A stretch of DNA of 64,000 nt from Candidatus Collierbacteria bacterium (GCA_016183365.1 JACPES010000003.1:105467-169466); one strand, 5' to 3'; positions 38,170-48,728 are shown, numbered from the stretch's first letter. A program made the numbers and translations. Notes: generated from the letters alone by a model not told the origin.

Positions 38170-39066
38170 ATGAGAAGATTACCGCTATTACTTTTAGTTT
38201 CTTGGTTGTTATCCGGTTGCGCCATTCCGTTTATCGGCGCCGGAAAAGCCGGCTTGAAAGCCGTAACTTCTGTCCCAGCCACGGTAATTCTGGACGGCAA
38301 GCAGGAAGGGACTACACCGTTTGAAAAAACCGATCTGAAATCAAAAACTTACCGTTTGCAGCTTATTCCCCAATCCGGCCAACCGTGGGAAACTACTCTG
38401 ACGCTTCACGATGATTTATTGGCAGTAGTCGAACGGACAACCGGCGATAACGATCAGGAGTCAGAGGGTTATATTATGGAACTGGAAAAAATTTCCGATA
38501 AAACTCAGTCTCAATTAGCGGTGGTGACGATTCCCGATCCGGCCGCCGTCCGGATCGACGGTCAGCCCAAAGGTTTTGCCCCGATTACCATCCCGCTTGC
38601 CACCGACGGGAATCATGAAGTAATAGTTTCTTCGGCCGGATATAACGATAAAAAAGTCCCGTTGGCGGTTCCAAAGGGACATAAATTGACTTTAACAGTC
38701 CAATTATCCCGGACCAAAATTGTGTCTCCTTCTCCGGGAACAACCGAATCGGCTGCGCCGGACGAAACTTCAATTACGCCAACCCCCACTCCGACCGCAG
38801 CTAAGGGTCAAACTAAGGTAATTCCAACTCCAAAGCCGACTCAGGCCGCCCCGACTAAACCCTATGTAGAAATTTTGGATACTCCTACCGGTTGGTTGAG
38901 GGTTCGCGGCGAGCCCAACTCTACTAGCGGCAAGGAGTTGACCAAGATTTACCCCAAAGAAACTTATAAATTCCTGGAATCGACAGATAACGGTTGGTAT
39001 AAGATTAAACTTCCTGACGGACAAGAAGGCTGGATTTCCGGCAAATACGCCAAACTATTCCGTTAA
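38170..39066 (+). CDS. Lipoprotein with PEGA domains, P/T-rich linker and SH3b domain
   Basis: LSGC lipobox; GTTP PEGA; GWLRVR, GWYKI, EGWISGKY. Confidence 0.85.
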   Translation: MRRLPLLLLVSWLLSGCAIPFIGAGKAGLKAVTSVPATVILDGKQEGTTPFEKTDLKSKTYRLQLIPQSGQPWETTLTLHDDLLAVVERTTGDNDQESEGYIMELEKISDKTQSQLAVVTIPDPAAVRIDGQPKGFAPITIPLATDGNHEVIVSSAGYNDKKVPLAVPKGHKLTLTVQLSRTKIVSPSPGTTESAAPDETSITPTPTPTAAKGQTKVIPTPKPTQAAPTKPYVEILDTPTGWLRVRGEPNSTSGKELTKIYPKETYKFLESTDNGWYKIKLPDGQEGWISGKYAKLFR

Positions 39067-39132
39067 ATTAACCCATAACTCCTACTTGACCGATTCGTAT
39101 TTCTTCTGTATAACAAAGCCCGAAAGGCAGAT

Positions 39133-40191
39133 GTGATCAAATCAGCTAAACCGGTTAAAGACCATAAGGTTACAGGTCATCCCAAAGACATGGATCAAAG
39201 ATTGGAAGCGGTAAACTTGGCGATGCAACAAATCCAAAAAAATTATGGAGCCGGGGCCATCATGCGTTTTGGCGAAAGCAGTCCCGAGAGCCGTCATGTT
39301 CAGTCCATCTCTACCGGAGTTTTATCTTTAGACCATGCTATCGGAGTTGGCGGCATGCCTCGGGGAAGGATTGCCGAGATCTTCGGGCCGGAATCTTCGG
39401 GCAAGACCACCTTGTGTTTGCACATAATCGCCGAAGCCCAAAAGATCGGCGGAGTCGCGGCTTTTATTGACGCCGAACACGCTCTAGATCCGACCAGAGC
39501 CGTCGGTATCGGAGTTAATTTAGATGAATTGTTAATCAGCCAACCGGATACCGGCGAGCAGGCTTTGGAAATCGCCGATACTTTGATTAGATCGGGTGCC
39601 GTGGATGTAATTATTGTGGATTCAGTGGCGGCCTTGGTCCCAAAGGCAGAATTAGAAGGCGAAATGGGTGATTCCATCATCGGACTTCAGGCCAGATTGA
39701 TGAGTCAGGCCATGAGAAAGTTGGCCGGGGCCATCAATCGCAGTAAAACGGTGATGATTTTTACCAATCAAATCCGGATGAAAATCGGGGTCATGTTCGG
39801 CAATCCGGAAACCACCCCCGGCGGCAAGGCCCTGAAATTTTTCGCTTCGGTTAGATTAGACATGCGGAAAATTGCCAATATTACCGATTCTTCAGACGTG
39901 ATCACCGGCAGCCGCCATCGGGTCAGAGTGGTTAAAAATAAAATTTCTCCGCCTTTTAGGCAGTCGGAGTTTGATATTATGAATGCTGGCGGCATCAGCC
40001 GAACCGGAGATCTTCTAGATTTGGCCGAGGAACATGGGGTAGTTGAAAAGTCCGGTTCGTTCTACAAATTCGACGGTCAGGTTTTAGCCCAGGGCCGGGA
40101 GGGGGCCAAAGACGTTTTAGCCGGGGACCCTAAACTATTCGGCGCGATTAAAACAAAAGTCGTTGAGATTTTATCCGCTAAGAAACCATAA
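39133..40191 (+). CDS. recA: Recombinase A
   Basis: [40 protein letters not shown]. Confidence 0.98.
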   Translation: MIKSAKPVKDHKVTGHPKDMDQRLEAVNLAMQQIQKNYGAGAIMRFGESSPESRHVQSISTGVLSLDHAIGVGGMPRGRIAEIFGPESSGKTTLCLHIIAEAQKIGGVAAFIDAEHALDPTRAVGIGVNLDELLISQPDTGEQALEIADTLIRSGAVDVIIVDSVAALVPKAELEGEMGDSIIGLQARLMSQAMRKLAGAINRSKTVMIFTNQIRMKIGVMFGNPETTPGGKALKFFASVRLDMRKIANITDSSDVITGSRHRVRVVKNKISPPFRQSEFDIMNAGGISRTGDLLDLAEEHGVVEKSGSFYKFDGQVLAQGREGAKDVLAGDPKLFGAIKTKVVEILSAKKP

Positions 40192-40194
40192 GAT

Positions 40195-40650
40195 GTGATT
40201 AACGAAGAGCTGGAAATGGCCAAAAGGCAAACGCTCCATTTTCTATCATTTAGATTAAGGTCAATTAAAGAAGTTAGAGCGTTTTTAGGAAAGAAGGGCC
40301 ATTTGCCTGAATTAGTTCAAAAGGCAATAGACGAGCTGGCGGAACAAAATTTTTTGGATGACCGTGGATTCGCCGGTTGGTGGGCCGAAGCCAGAATTAA
40401 ACAAGGTTGGGGTCAAGTGAAAATCAAAAACGAACTCAAGATGAAAGGGGTGGAGGAAGAAATTATAAATTCCGTAGTGGATCGGGATTGGGGGAAAATA
40501 ATCAATCAAATGATTGATAAACAGTCCGCAAAATTTGCGGGGTTGCATGGGAGAGATCAAAGGTCAAAGATGAGACAGTGGTTGTTCGGAAGGGGTTTTA
40601 CCTGGAGCCAAATTCAGAGGGCGTTTGACGATATCACCATTAACGGATAA
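40195..40650 (+). CDS. recX: Regulatory protein RecX
   Basis: LSFR.RS..E, LDD..FA, EL..KGV, L..RGF; follows recA. Confidence 0.88.
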   Translation: MINEELEMAKRQTLHFLSFRLRSIKEVRAFLGKKGHLPELVQKAIDELAEQNFLDDRGFAGWWAEARIKQGWGQVKIKNELKMKGVEEEIINSVVDRDWGKIINQMIDKQSAKFAGLHGRDQRSKMRQWLFGRGFTWSQIQRAFDDITING

Positions 40651-40707
40651 AATACATCTTAAGGATGACCAACAGACTAAATAATTTTAATCCCCAGAAA
40701 GGATCTT

Positions 40708-42045
40708 ATGAATCGAGTCTCTTACTCCGATCCCAATTCCGGAGTTTCTAATTCTGCCGACGAACTTCTAAAAGTTGCCAAAGAAGAGTTGGCCCAGATT
40801 AAATCCCAAAGCCAACTTATTCAAAAACAAGTCGACGAAGCCAAACAGGATAAAGACGCTTTGGATCGGGCCAGAGAATTATTGTCCCTTGATCGCCAGG
40901 AATTAATTGATAAGTTGGCCAAAATTTCTTCCCTGACTAAAGACGAAGCCAAAAAAGAACTATTAGAAGCAGTTGACAAAGAATTGGACGAAGAAGTGGC
41001 TAAAAAAGTCAGAGGGGCCGCCCAAAGAATTAAACAGGAGTCCGATAGGCTGGGGCGGGAAATATTAGCCGATGCCATGCGTCACGGGGTGACTGAAATT
41101 ACGGCAGAGTACACCATTTCGGCCGTTAAATTATCTGATGAAGGCGCCAAGGGCCGGATTATCGGCCAAGGCGGCCGGAATATCCGGGCTTTTGAAAGGG
41201 CGACCGGAGTTGACGTCGATCTGGACGAAACCCCCGGAGAAATTCGTTTAAGCTCATTTGATTCTGTCCGGCGCGAAATCGCCCGGATTTCACTTGAGAA
41301 ACTATTGCGCGACGGCCGGATCCAACCCTCCAGAATAGAAGAGATAGTCTTTAAGACTAAAGAAGAGGTTGAGAAGATTATGCTCGAGGAAGGCAAGAAA
41401 CTGGCAGAAGCAGTCAAAGTATTCTCGCTACCGACTGAATTATTACAGATACTGGGCAGATTTAAGTATCGTTTCTCTTACGGCCAAAGCATGATAATTC
41501 ACACTTTGGAAGAGACCAAAATCGGGATAGCCTTAGCCCACGAGTTAAAGGCAGACGTAGACACTGTCAGATTGGGATGCTTGTTGCACGACATTGGCAA
41601 GATAGTGGCCGACGAAGAGGGCAGCCATATTGAGTTAGGGGTTAAGCTTTTGAAAAAATTCGGGTTGCCGGATAAAGTTATCCGCTGCGTGGCAGAACAT
41701 CATGAAGATGAGCCGCTTAGTTCGGTGGAGTCGGTCATCGTCTATATTTCCGACGCAATTTCCGGCGGCCGGCCCGGCGCCAGATATGAAGATTATGAAG
41801 AGTACGCCACCAGATTAAAGAAGCTGGAAGATTTGGCAATGTCGTTTGCCGGAGTTCAGGAGGCTTTTGCGATTCAAGCCGGCCGGGAGATCAGAGTGAT
41901 TGTTAAACCGGAAGAAGTAACAGATGCCTCGGTTACCCGTTTAGCCCATGATATCGCCAAAAAGATCGAGACGGAAATGACTTACCCCGGAACGGTCACC
42001 GTCAATGCCATCCGCGAGGTCAGAGCCAGCGATGTGGCCAAGTAA
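40708..42045 (+). CDS. rny: Ribonuclease Y
   Basis: KGRIIG.GGRNIR KH domain, LLHDIGK HD domain, AIQAGREIRV. Confidence 0.93.
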   Translation: MNRVSYSDPNSGVSNSADELLKVAKEELAQIKSQSQLIQKQVDEAKQDKDALDRARELLSLDRQELIDKLAKISSLTKDEAKKELLEAVDKELDEEVAKKVRGAAQRIKQESDRLGREILADAMRHGVTEITAEYTISAVKLSDEGAKGRIIGQGGRNIRAFERATGVDVDLDETPGEIRLSSFDSVRREIARISLEKLLRDGRIQPSRIEEIVFKTKEEVEKIMLEEGKKLAEAVKVFSLPTELLQILGRFKYRFSYGQSMIIHTLEETKIGIALAHELKADVDTVRLGCLLHDIGKIVADEEGSHIELGVKLLKKFGLPDKVIRCVAEHHEDEPLSSVESVIVYISDAISGGRPGARYEDYEEYATRLKKLEDLAMSFAGVQEAFAIQAGREIRVIVKPEEVTDASVTRLAHDIAKKIETEMTYPGTVTVNAIREVRASDVAK

Positions 42046-42160
42046 TTGGTTATTGACAAAAATTTTCCCCTTGTTATCCTTGTTATATAGGAATGCAAAC
42101 AATTTATTCCGCTATATCTTATTTAAATGGTAAATTAGATTAGAGGGGAGGTGAAACAAA

Positions 42161-42436
42161 ATGACAAAATCAGATTTATACGCTGTTGTAGCTAAAAAAG
42201 CCCATTTGCCGAAGAACGCCGCCGAAGAAGCTGTTAACCTTTTCTTGGAAGAAGTTAAAAAAGCTTTGAAGAAAGGCGAAAAAGTAGTTTTGTCCGGTTT
42301 TGGAACCGTGTACGTATCTAAAGTTGACGACAAAAGAGTTGTTCCATTTGGACGCGAGAAAGAAGCTCGGGTGATCAAAGCTCACAGAGTCGTTAATTTC
42401 AGGGTTGGCCGGCCGTTGAAGAAATTGATTTGGTAG
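42161..42436 (+). CDS. hup: HU-family DNA-binding protein
   Basis: MTKSDL, GEKVVLSGFG, F..GRPLK; strong RBS. Confidence 0.9.
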   Translation: MTKSDLYAVVAKKAHLPKNAAEEAVNLFLEEVKKALKKGEKVVLSGFGTVYVSKVDDKRVVPFGREKEARVIKAHRVVNFRVGRPLKKLIW

Positions 42437-43043
42437 TTTTAGATTGTTTTAACGGGGCGAAGAAGATAGGGATATGTCGTGGCCCAAAATGCCTCAGGTC
42501 GGATTTATAAACTATGATCCGATGGATGGGAATCTCAAAATCCCGAAGGTTAATTTGGGTATCCTCGATGAGTTGCCGAAGGTCAGAAAATTGGCGATGC
42601 TTCCCCTTTCTTTTGATACGGGCTAAAGTTATATGCGGGGAATAAATATCTCCCGATGTGATAATCTTGATTCCAAATCTCATTAATATATCAATTAGTT
42701 TCTTGGTAAGGAGATTCAGCTTTTCTGATTCTCCGCCTAATCCCACCCAAATAACCGAAGGCCGGTTTATTCTGGGAAAGGCTGAAAGAGAAGTAGGATA
42801 AACCGAGAATTCCGGGATAGAAGCCGCTACAAAGGCAACGGCGCGTTCCACCCGCTTTTTAGTTTCTTCGGATATCCACCCCAAAAAAGCCAAAGTAATA
42901 TGCAGTTGATCGGAATTAACAAAATTTAAATTGGACGAATTTTCGGCCAGATGCCTTTGGACTTTAGCCAGTTCTTTTTTCAGTTCATCCGGAATTTTTA
43001 AGCTTAAAAATATTCTTTCCGGAGATTTTTTTAATGTCCTCAT
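42399..43043 (-). CDS. thpR: RNA 2',3'-cyclic phosphodiesterase (2H family)
   Basis: Two HITL motifs; AFP....VIWVG. Confidence 0.88.
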   Translation of the reverse strand: MRTLKKSPERIFLSLKIPDELKKELAKVQRHLAENSSNLNFVNSDQLHITLAFLGWISEETKKRVERAVAFVAASIPEFSVYPTSLSAFPRINRPSVIWVGLGGESEKLNLLTKKLIDILMRFGIKIITSGDIYSPHITLARIKRKGKHRQFSDLRQLIEDTQINLRDFEIPIHRIIVYKSDLRHFGPRHIPIFFAPLKQSKTTKSISSTAGQP

Positions 43044-43110
43044 ACAGGTATTGTACCAATCTGACCAGCAAAATCCTGCCTTTATAAGCCCGGCGGGGTA
43101 AAATAGCCCC

Positions 43111-43893
43111 ATGAGGAAATATTGGGCCCTGGCTAGAGCCGAGCTTTTAGATGCTATTCAGGAGAAAGAAGAAATCTTCATTTGGATCATTATTGAAGCC
43201 ATTCCGGTCTTTGTGATGGGGTCTTTGTGGTTGGCTAATCAGAAAAGCTTGGTTCGGGTCAGCATCTCGGAAATGGTGACATACTATTTAGTAGTAATGG
43301 TTACCGCCAGGTTGACGGAGTTTTATTTTGACGAGTACGTTCAGGAAGATATCAGAGACGGAACTTTTGCCCGGTATTTGATTAAACCTATTAGGTCACC
43401 GGAGCTGTTTATTCCGGTGACCTGGGGTCGGAAATTATTCGCGAATTTAATACTACTGCCGATAATCGCCCTGATGATTATTGGTTTCAGGCAATATTTG
43501 GTGTTCCCGGATTTAGCCGGCGTTTTATTGTTTGCGGCCTTTCTATTTATTTCTTCGTTTATCCGTTACTCGCTGTCAGTTTTAGTGACTACAGGGGCTT
43601 TCTATTGGGAGCAGACTCATTCTTTAGTTCATTTGCGCTGGATTTTGGAAACTGTGGCCGGCGGATATGTCTTGCCGCTGATTTTTTATCCAGATTGGTT
43701 GAGATTTATTCCAGACAGTCTGCCATTTAAGTATATTTATTTTGTGCCGACGGCTGTGTTTACCGGCATGATTACCAATAGTGAAGCCGCCAACAATTTG
43801 CTGCCGGCTTTCTTATGGATGATTGGGTTACTGGTGATTAGTCATTTGGCGTGGAGGATCGGAGTCAAAAGGTACATCAGTGTCGGAGGTTAA
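43111..43893 (+). CDS. ABC-2 family permease (DUF990 type)
   Basis: DIRDG....YLIKP, G...PL.FYP, LPF.Y; six TM helices. Confidence 0.85.
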   Translation: MRKYWALARAELLDAIQEKEEIFIWIIIEAIPVFVMGSLWLANQKSLVRVSISEMVTYYLVVMVTARLTEFYFDEYVQEDIRDGTFARYLIKPIRSPELFIPVTWGRKLFANLILLPIIALMIIGFRQYLVFPDLAGVLLFAAFLFISSFIRYSLSVLVTTGAFYWEQTHSLVHLRWILETVAGGYVLPLIFYPDWLRFIPDSLPFKYIYFVPTAVFTGMITNSEAANNLLPAFLWMIGLLVISHLAWRIGVKRYISVGG

Positions 43894-44685
43894 ATGAAAA
43901 CTTTCTTTCGATATTTATCGCTTTACCGCCGAGTATTCATTCAGGCAGTGATGCAAAATTTGGCATATCCGCAAAATTTCGTGGTTTGGATGCTGGTGGA
44001 TGTTGCTTGGGCTGTCGTGAATATCGGATTTTTCAGGATTATATTATTTAACATCCCGGAAATATCCGGTTGGACTTTTGACCAGCTGGCTATTCCGTTG
44101 GGGATTTTATATTTATTGAATACATTTATATGGGGGTTTTTCTACGGAAATATGAAGTCAATTCCGGAATATGTCAATAAGGGAGAACTAGATTTGCTAT
44201 TGGTTAAGCCGGTAAATTCGCAATTTATGGTTTCAACCCGCCAAATCGGGTTGGGTACTTTGCCTTCCGCGGCTGCCGGGCTGTATTTATTGTGGTATGG
44301 GTTTCAGGTTAACAGCGTTTCTTGGCAAATGGCAGGAGTGGTTCCGTTGGCGTTGCTGGCTTCCGGGATAATCTCGTACTCTTTGTGGTTGATGACTGTA
44401 ACCTTGTCTTTTTGGACCAACCGATTGTATAACGTTCCTGATTTATTTGCCAACGCCGTGGATATAGCCAGATATCCTGTTGCTATTTTCCGCCAGCCGG
44501 CCAAGTTTATCCTGACCTTTATTTTGCCGTTTGCCATATTGGGATTTTTGCCGGCCGAAATTATTCTGGGGAAAATCAGCCCCCTTTGGCTGTTATGGCC
44601 GATGGGGCTGACTATTTTATTGCTATTTATTAGTAGCCGGTTTTGGAAATTCTCCCTGTGCCGCTACCAAAGCGCCAGTTCATAG
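43894..44685 (+). CDS. ABC-2 family permease (DUF990 type)
   Basis: GELDLLLVKPVNSQF, ARYP, ends YQSASS. Confidence 0.88.
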   Translation: MKTFFRYLSLYRRVFIQAVMQNLAYPQNFVVWMLVDVAWAVVNIGFFRIILFNIPEISGWTFDQLAIPLGILYLLNTFIWGFFYGNMKSIPEYVNKGELDLLLVKPVNSQFMVSTRQIGLGTLPSAAAGLYLLWYGFQVNSVSWQMAGVVPLALLASGIISYSLWLMTVTLSFWTNRLYNVPDLFANAVDIARYPVAIFRQPAKFILTFILPFAILGFLPAEIILGKISPLWLLWPMGLTILLLFISSRFWKFSLCRYQSASS

Positions 44686-44698
44686 TACAATTAGATGA

Positions 44699-45037
44699 AT
44701 GATTATTACCAAGTCAAAACCGTTCACTACAAAAGAAATCGCCAAGCTACGTCAACTATTTGACGTCTATATTAAAACCGTAATTGACGTTCGGAAGAAA
44801 ATTTGTTCCGCCGGATGCGACAGGCACTTCGAATCAGAAAAAGTTCTTCTGGATCAGGGCTCGTCACAAAAAGATTTATGGGGAGGCGGAATTGACCTTG
44901 AAACCAGGATTATCGACTGCAATTCTGTTATCAATATCAGGCCTAATCAAGGTAATACCAGCAACGAAATCCAAGATCCGACCACACGAGCACAGTTTGA
45001 ACAGCTGACAAAATTCTTCGTCCAATCAATCTTATGA
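44699..45037 (+). CDS. DUF5674-like protein
   Basis: IKTVIDV, H...E..LL..GS.Q.DLWGG, INIRP.QGN.S.EIQD. Confidence 0.75.
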   Translation: MIITKSKPFTTKEIAKLRQLFDVYIKTVIDVRKKICSAGCDRHFESEKVLLDQGSSQKDLWGGGIDLETRIIDCNSVINIRPNQGNTSNEIQDPTTRAQFEQLTKFFVQSIL

Positions 45038-45303
45038 ATAACCAAGTTGTCTTAGAATCTCTAGCAAGCGATTTGAGACGAGTCGCCTTAGGTCTTCAAC
45101 GAGGATCAACAACAATGGCCAACCGATTCGCCCAGGAGGCTCTTCGTCGCAGAAATGAAGTTGAAATCTCATCAGTGGACGAATATATCAAGAAACTCTT
45201 AAGGCAATTAGACAAGGCAATGGAAGACCCGGAAGATGCCCTTATGTACAGCACCATTCTCCAAAATTACGCCCTTCATCGCTACCAAAGCGCTTCGTCC
45301 TAA
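45034..45303 (+). CDS. Helical hypothetical protein ending in a duplicated permease C-terminus
   Basis: DLRRVALG...EDALMYSTILQNY, then ALHRYQSASS. Confidence 0.65.
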   Translation: MNNQVVLESLASDLRRVALGLQRGSTTMANRFAQEALRRRNEVEISSVDEYIKKLLRQLDKAMEDPEDALMYSTILQNYALHRYQSASS

Positions 45304-45542
45304 TTTTCATTGTTTCTCTCTTCTTGCATCTTGATCGCCAAAGCTACGCCCGCTCCGATACAAGATTCTGCATCCCTCATTGGCGGCAATTCTTTGTAAA
45401 GGTTTCCTGTTTCCGTTAATTCGGACATACTTTAATGCTAGTATAGATTTTATATTTATATATTCAACCAGAAGTTTAAACATCCTTATTTTTTAAATTT
45501 CCACCCAGATGGTCTTAAATAGAGTTGATATAATCTTTAGAT

Positions 45543-46547
45543 ATGCCGATTATCACAGTCAAGAACCTGACTAAGTATTATAAAATCCATCAGAAGGAAC
45601 CGGGGCTTTGGGAATCGCTGAAATCATTGGTGGCTCGTAAATATTATGACGTTAAGGCGGTGGATGATATTTCTTTTGAAATTGAAGAAGGGGAATTAAT
45701 TGGCTTCATCGGTCCAAATGGCGCCGGCAAAACCACTACCTTAAAAGTTCTCTCCGGCCTGCTCTACCCCACTTCCGGCCAGATCAGCGTTTTGGGTTTC
45801 GAACCCTGGAAACGGGATCATAAATATCTAAAACAAATGAGTTTGGTGATGGGGCAGAAGAATCAATTATGGTGGGATTTGCCGGCCCAGGAAAGTTTTA
45901 TTTTGAACAAAGAAATTTATGAGGTCCCCGACGATCAGTACAAGAAAGTGTTAAACGAGCTGGTTGAATTACTTGATGTAAAGGACGTTTTGAATATTCA
46001 GGTACGGAAGTTATCTCTCGGACAGCGGATGAAGTGCGAATTGATTGCCGCCCTGCTTCACTCTCCAAAGGTATTGTTTTTAGACGAGCCGACCATCGGG
46101 CTAGATGTAGTCATGCAAAAAGCGATGCGCGATTTTATCGCCGAATATAATAAAAAATATAAGGCAACTATTATTTTGACCAGCCACTATATGGAAGACG
46201 TCAAAAAACTGGCCAAAAGAGTGGTCATAATCGACCACGGGAAAATAATTTTTGACGGGAAATTAAAAGAAATCATTGACAAATATGCCGAGCATAAAAT
46301 TTTAACTTTGGAATTTTCAGAAGAATTTCCCAAAGAAAGATTGGAAAAATTCGGAGAAATCGACAGTTGGGAATATCCCAGAGCTGTCATAAAAGTTCCC
46401 CGGCTGGAGGCGTCAAAAAGGGCGGCGGAATTGTTAGAAACTCTGCCTGTGGCCGATATTAATATCGAAGAACCGCCGATAGAAGCGATAATCCGCCGCG
46501 TCTTTAGCGGCGGAAAGAAACAAGAAGCAAAAAGCAAGAAACAATGA
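45543..46547 (+). CDS. ABC transporter ATP-binding protein
   Basis: GPNGAGKTT, LSLGQRMK, LFLDEPTIGLD, TSHYMED. Confidence 0.95.
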   Translation: MPIITVKNLTKYYKIHQKEPGLWESLKSLVARKYYDVKAVDDISFEIEEGELIGFIGPNGAGKTTTLKVLSGLLYPTSGQISVLGFEPWKRDHKYLKQMSLVMGQKNQLWWDLPAQESFILNKEIYEVPDDQYKKVLNELVELLDVKDVLNIQVRKLSLGQRMKCELIAALLHSPKVLFLDEPTIGLDVVMQKAMRDFIAEYNKKYKATIILTSHYMEDVKKLAKRVVIIDHGKIIFDGKLKEIIDKYAEHKILTLEFSEEFPKERLEKFGEIDSWEYPRAVIKVPRLEASKRAAELLETLPVADINIEEPPIEAIIRRVFSGGKKQEAKSKKQ

Positions 46548-46967
46548 CATAAAAAAATTATGCAAAGCGTGTGGAAAGAAAATATCATCTTACGAAAAGC
46601 AAGTTCTCTTGCTCATTTGGTCTACCAAATTATAAAAACATTTCCTACTTCTGAACGATTTGGTCTTACCTCACAACTAAACAGGGCAATTGTTTCTGTT
46701 ATTTTAAACATGATCGAAGGATATTCGAGATTCTCTCGTACAGAACACGCTCGATTTTTGGAGATGTCATTCGCTTCTCTAAAAGAATCACAGTATCTTA
46801 TCGAATTCTGCACAGAAGAAGGTTTTATTAAAGAGGATAACTCGCGCGAACTTTTATCCCAAAGCGAAGAAATATCTAGAATGCTCTACGCTAAAATCAT
46901 GACAATGAGGATAGGAAGGTAAATTAGAAAATATCATTGCTTCCCGTTTCTTGTTTCTTGCTTCTTT
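46514..46967. mobile_element. Putative cassette: four-helix-bundle gene bounded by about 37-bp heptamer-periodic inverted repeats (46514-46550 and 46931-46967)
   Basis: The reverse complement of the left arm aligns with the right arm in 7-nt units. Confidence 0.6.
46560..46922 (+). CDS. Four-helix-bundle protein (23S rRNA IVP / TIGR02436-like)
   Basis: FP.SERFGLTSQLNRA.VSV..N..EG..R.S..E..RFL.....SLKE. Confidence 0.9.
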   Translation: MQSVWKENIILRKASSLAHLVYQIIKTFPTSERFGLTSQLNRAIVSVILNMIEGYSRFSRTEHARFLEMSFASLKESQYLIEFCTEEGFIKEDNSRELLSQSEEISRMLYAKIMTMRIGR

Positions 46968-46972
46968 TTACA

Positions 46973-47767
46973 ATGAAAAAATACCTTACCTTGGCGAAAA
47001 TCTCTTGGTCTAATGGGCTAGTATATCGCCTGAATTTTGTCATGTGGCGGGTAAGACTGGTACTGTCGTTGATGACGGCATACTTTTTGTGGGCGGCGGT
47101 TTTCGGTCAGCATCAGGAATTATTTGGATACACCAGAGATAAAATGTTGGCCTATATTTTTATTTCATGGGTGATTCAATCGTTGGTGTTATCCAGCAGA
47201 TCAATTGACTTGGCGGGAATTATTAATTCCGGCGATCTCTCCAACATTTTAACCAAGCCGTTAAGCAACTTAAAATATTGGTTTTTTCGTGATATAGCCG
47301 ACAAAACCCTGAATTTATTATTTTCTGTCGGGGAGCTGGCATTTTTGTTTTTGATTTTGCGGCCGGAAATTGCGGTTCCGGCACCGGGGAATTTAGGGAT
47401 GTTGGCGATTTTGGTTTTGCCGTTAGCGACCTTGCTGTACTATTTTATTAATTATCTGTTCGGGTTGTTGGGATTTTGGACGCCGCAGGTGTGGGCACCA
47501 CGGTTCTTATTATTCGTGATTCTGCAATTCGTGGCCGGGAGCTTGTTTCCTTTAGACGTTTTGCCGGTCGGGCTGCAAAATGTCCTGAATTGGACGCCGT
47601 TTCCATACCTGATTTATTTTCCGACACAAATATTTTTGGGGAGAACAGGTAACATTGGAATGGTTGGGGGAATCGGATTGACGCTGGTTTGGACGGTTAT
47701 TTTCTACTTGATAGTCAAGTTGGTGTGGAAGAAAGGAATATTAGTTTATTCGGCGGAGGGAAGGTAA
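46973..47767 (+). CDS. ABC-2 family permease (DUF990 type)
   Basis: YRLNF, INSGDLS..LTKP, FPLDVLP, PFPYL.YFP, YSAEGR. Confidence 0.88.
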   Translation: MKKYLTLAKISWSNGLVYRLNFVMWRVRLVLSLMTAYFLWAAVFGQHQELFGYTRDKMLAYIFISWVIQSLVLSSRSIDLAGIINSGDLSNILTKPLSNLKYWFFRDIADKTLNLLFSVGELAFLFLILRPEIAVPAPGNLGMLAILVLPLATLLYYFINYLFGLLGFWTPQVWAPRFLLFVILQFVAGSLFPLDVLPVGLQNVLNWTPFPYLIYFPTQIFLGRTGNIGMVGGIGLTLVWTVIFYLIVKLVWKKGILVYSAEGR

Positions 47768-47942
47768 TGACTGCTTAGCGGGACGGCTTGAAGAGCGGTT
47801 GGTCGACTGGTTCGGACGTGACAACTGATTTTCCGCTGTGCGAAAAATCAGGTCTCGTCCGAAAAAGGAAGATAAAAAAATCATTTAAAATTAATGTCAA
47901 TACTTTATTGCTATAGCTTTAAAGTATTGACGTAACATAAAT

Positions 47943-48728
47943 ATGAAAAAATATTTTAAGGTTTGGCTGCAGCTGGCGCACATCAGTTTCGCCGAACAGT
48001 TGGCGACGAGATTCAGTTCGGTATTATTTTTAATCGGTAAAACCGCCAGATTTGTTTTCTTTCTGGTATTTTTGTTCAGCTTAGTCAACCGGACCGGAGG
48101 GTTGGCGGGGTATACCAAAGAACAGGTGATTATTTTCTTTTTGATGTATAACTTGGTGGATATTTCCACCCAGTTTTTTTTCCGCGGGGTGTATTTTTTC
48201 CGCCAAAAAGTGGTGTCGGGAGAGTTTGATTTTTATTTAGCAAAACCGATGAACCCCCTATTCCGGATTATGGCTGGATACACGGATTTTTTGGATTTGG
48301 TTACCTTAGCGGCTTTGGCGGTTTATGGGGCTTGGTTTGCCGGCCAAAGTTCGATCCGACCTGACCCGATGACAGCAATCTTACTACTAATAATGTTAGC
48401 GGTCAGCTTTTTGATTGCCTTGGCAATTCATATTATCGTAGTGGCTATAGGAGTGATTACCACCGAAGTAGACCACTCGATTATGGTATATCGGGATTTG
48501 ACCAGCATGGCCCGGGTGCCACTGGAAGTTTACAGCCAGCCGGTGAGAATTTTTTTGACTTATTTAATCCCGATTGGATTTATGATCACGGCCCCAGCGA
48601 AGGCTTTATTAGGATTGTTGACGCCGCCAACCTTTTTGTTCTCATTGCTTCTCGCTTCCTGCTTCCTGTTTCTCTCTCTCCGTCTCTGGCGTTACGCCCT
48701 ATCCCAATACAGCAGCGCAAGCAGTTAA
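47943..48728 (+). CDS. ABC-2 family permease (DUF990 type)
   Basis: SGEFDFYLAKP, ARVP, ends YSSASS. Confidence 0.88.
   Translation: MKKYFKVWLQLAHISFAEQLATRFSSVLFLIGKTARFVFFLVFLFSLVNRTGGLAGYTKEQVIIFFLMYNLVDISTQFFFRGVYFFRQKVVSGEFDFYLAKPMNPLFRIMAGYTDFLDLVTLAALAVYGAWFAGQSSIRPDPMTAILLLIMLAVSFLIALAIHIIVVAIGVITTEVDHSIMVYRDLTSMARVPLEVYSQPVRIFLTYLIPIGFMITAPAKALLGLLTPPTFLFSLLLASCFLFLSLRLWRYALSQYSSASS

Noticed and set aside
45300-45428. 42-codon minus-strand ORF
   Set aside because: No motif or RBS; cannot be supported.
46560-46922. Diversity-generating retroelement (Avd-like gene)
   Set aside because: No reverse transcriptase and no TR/VR pair with adenine-specific mismatches seen in the window.
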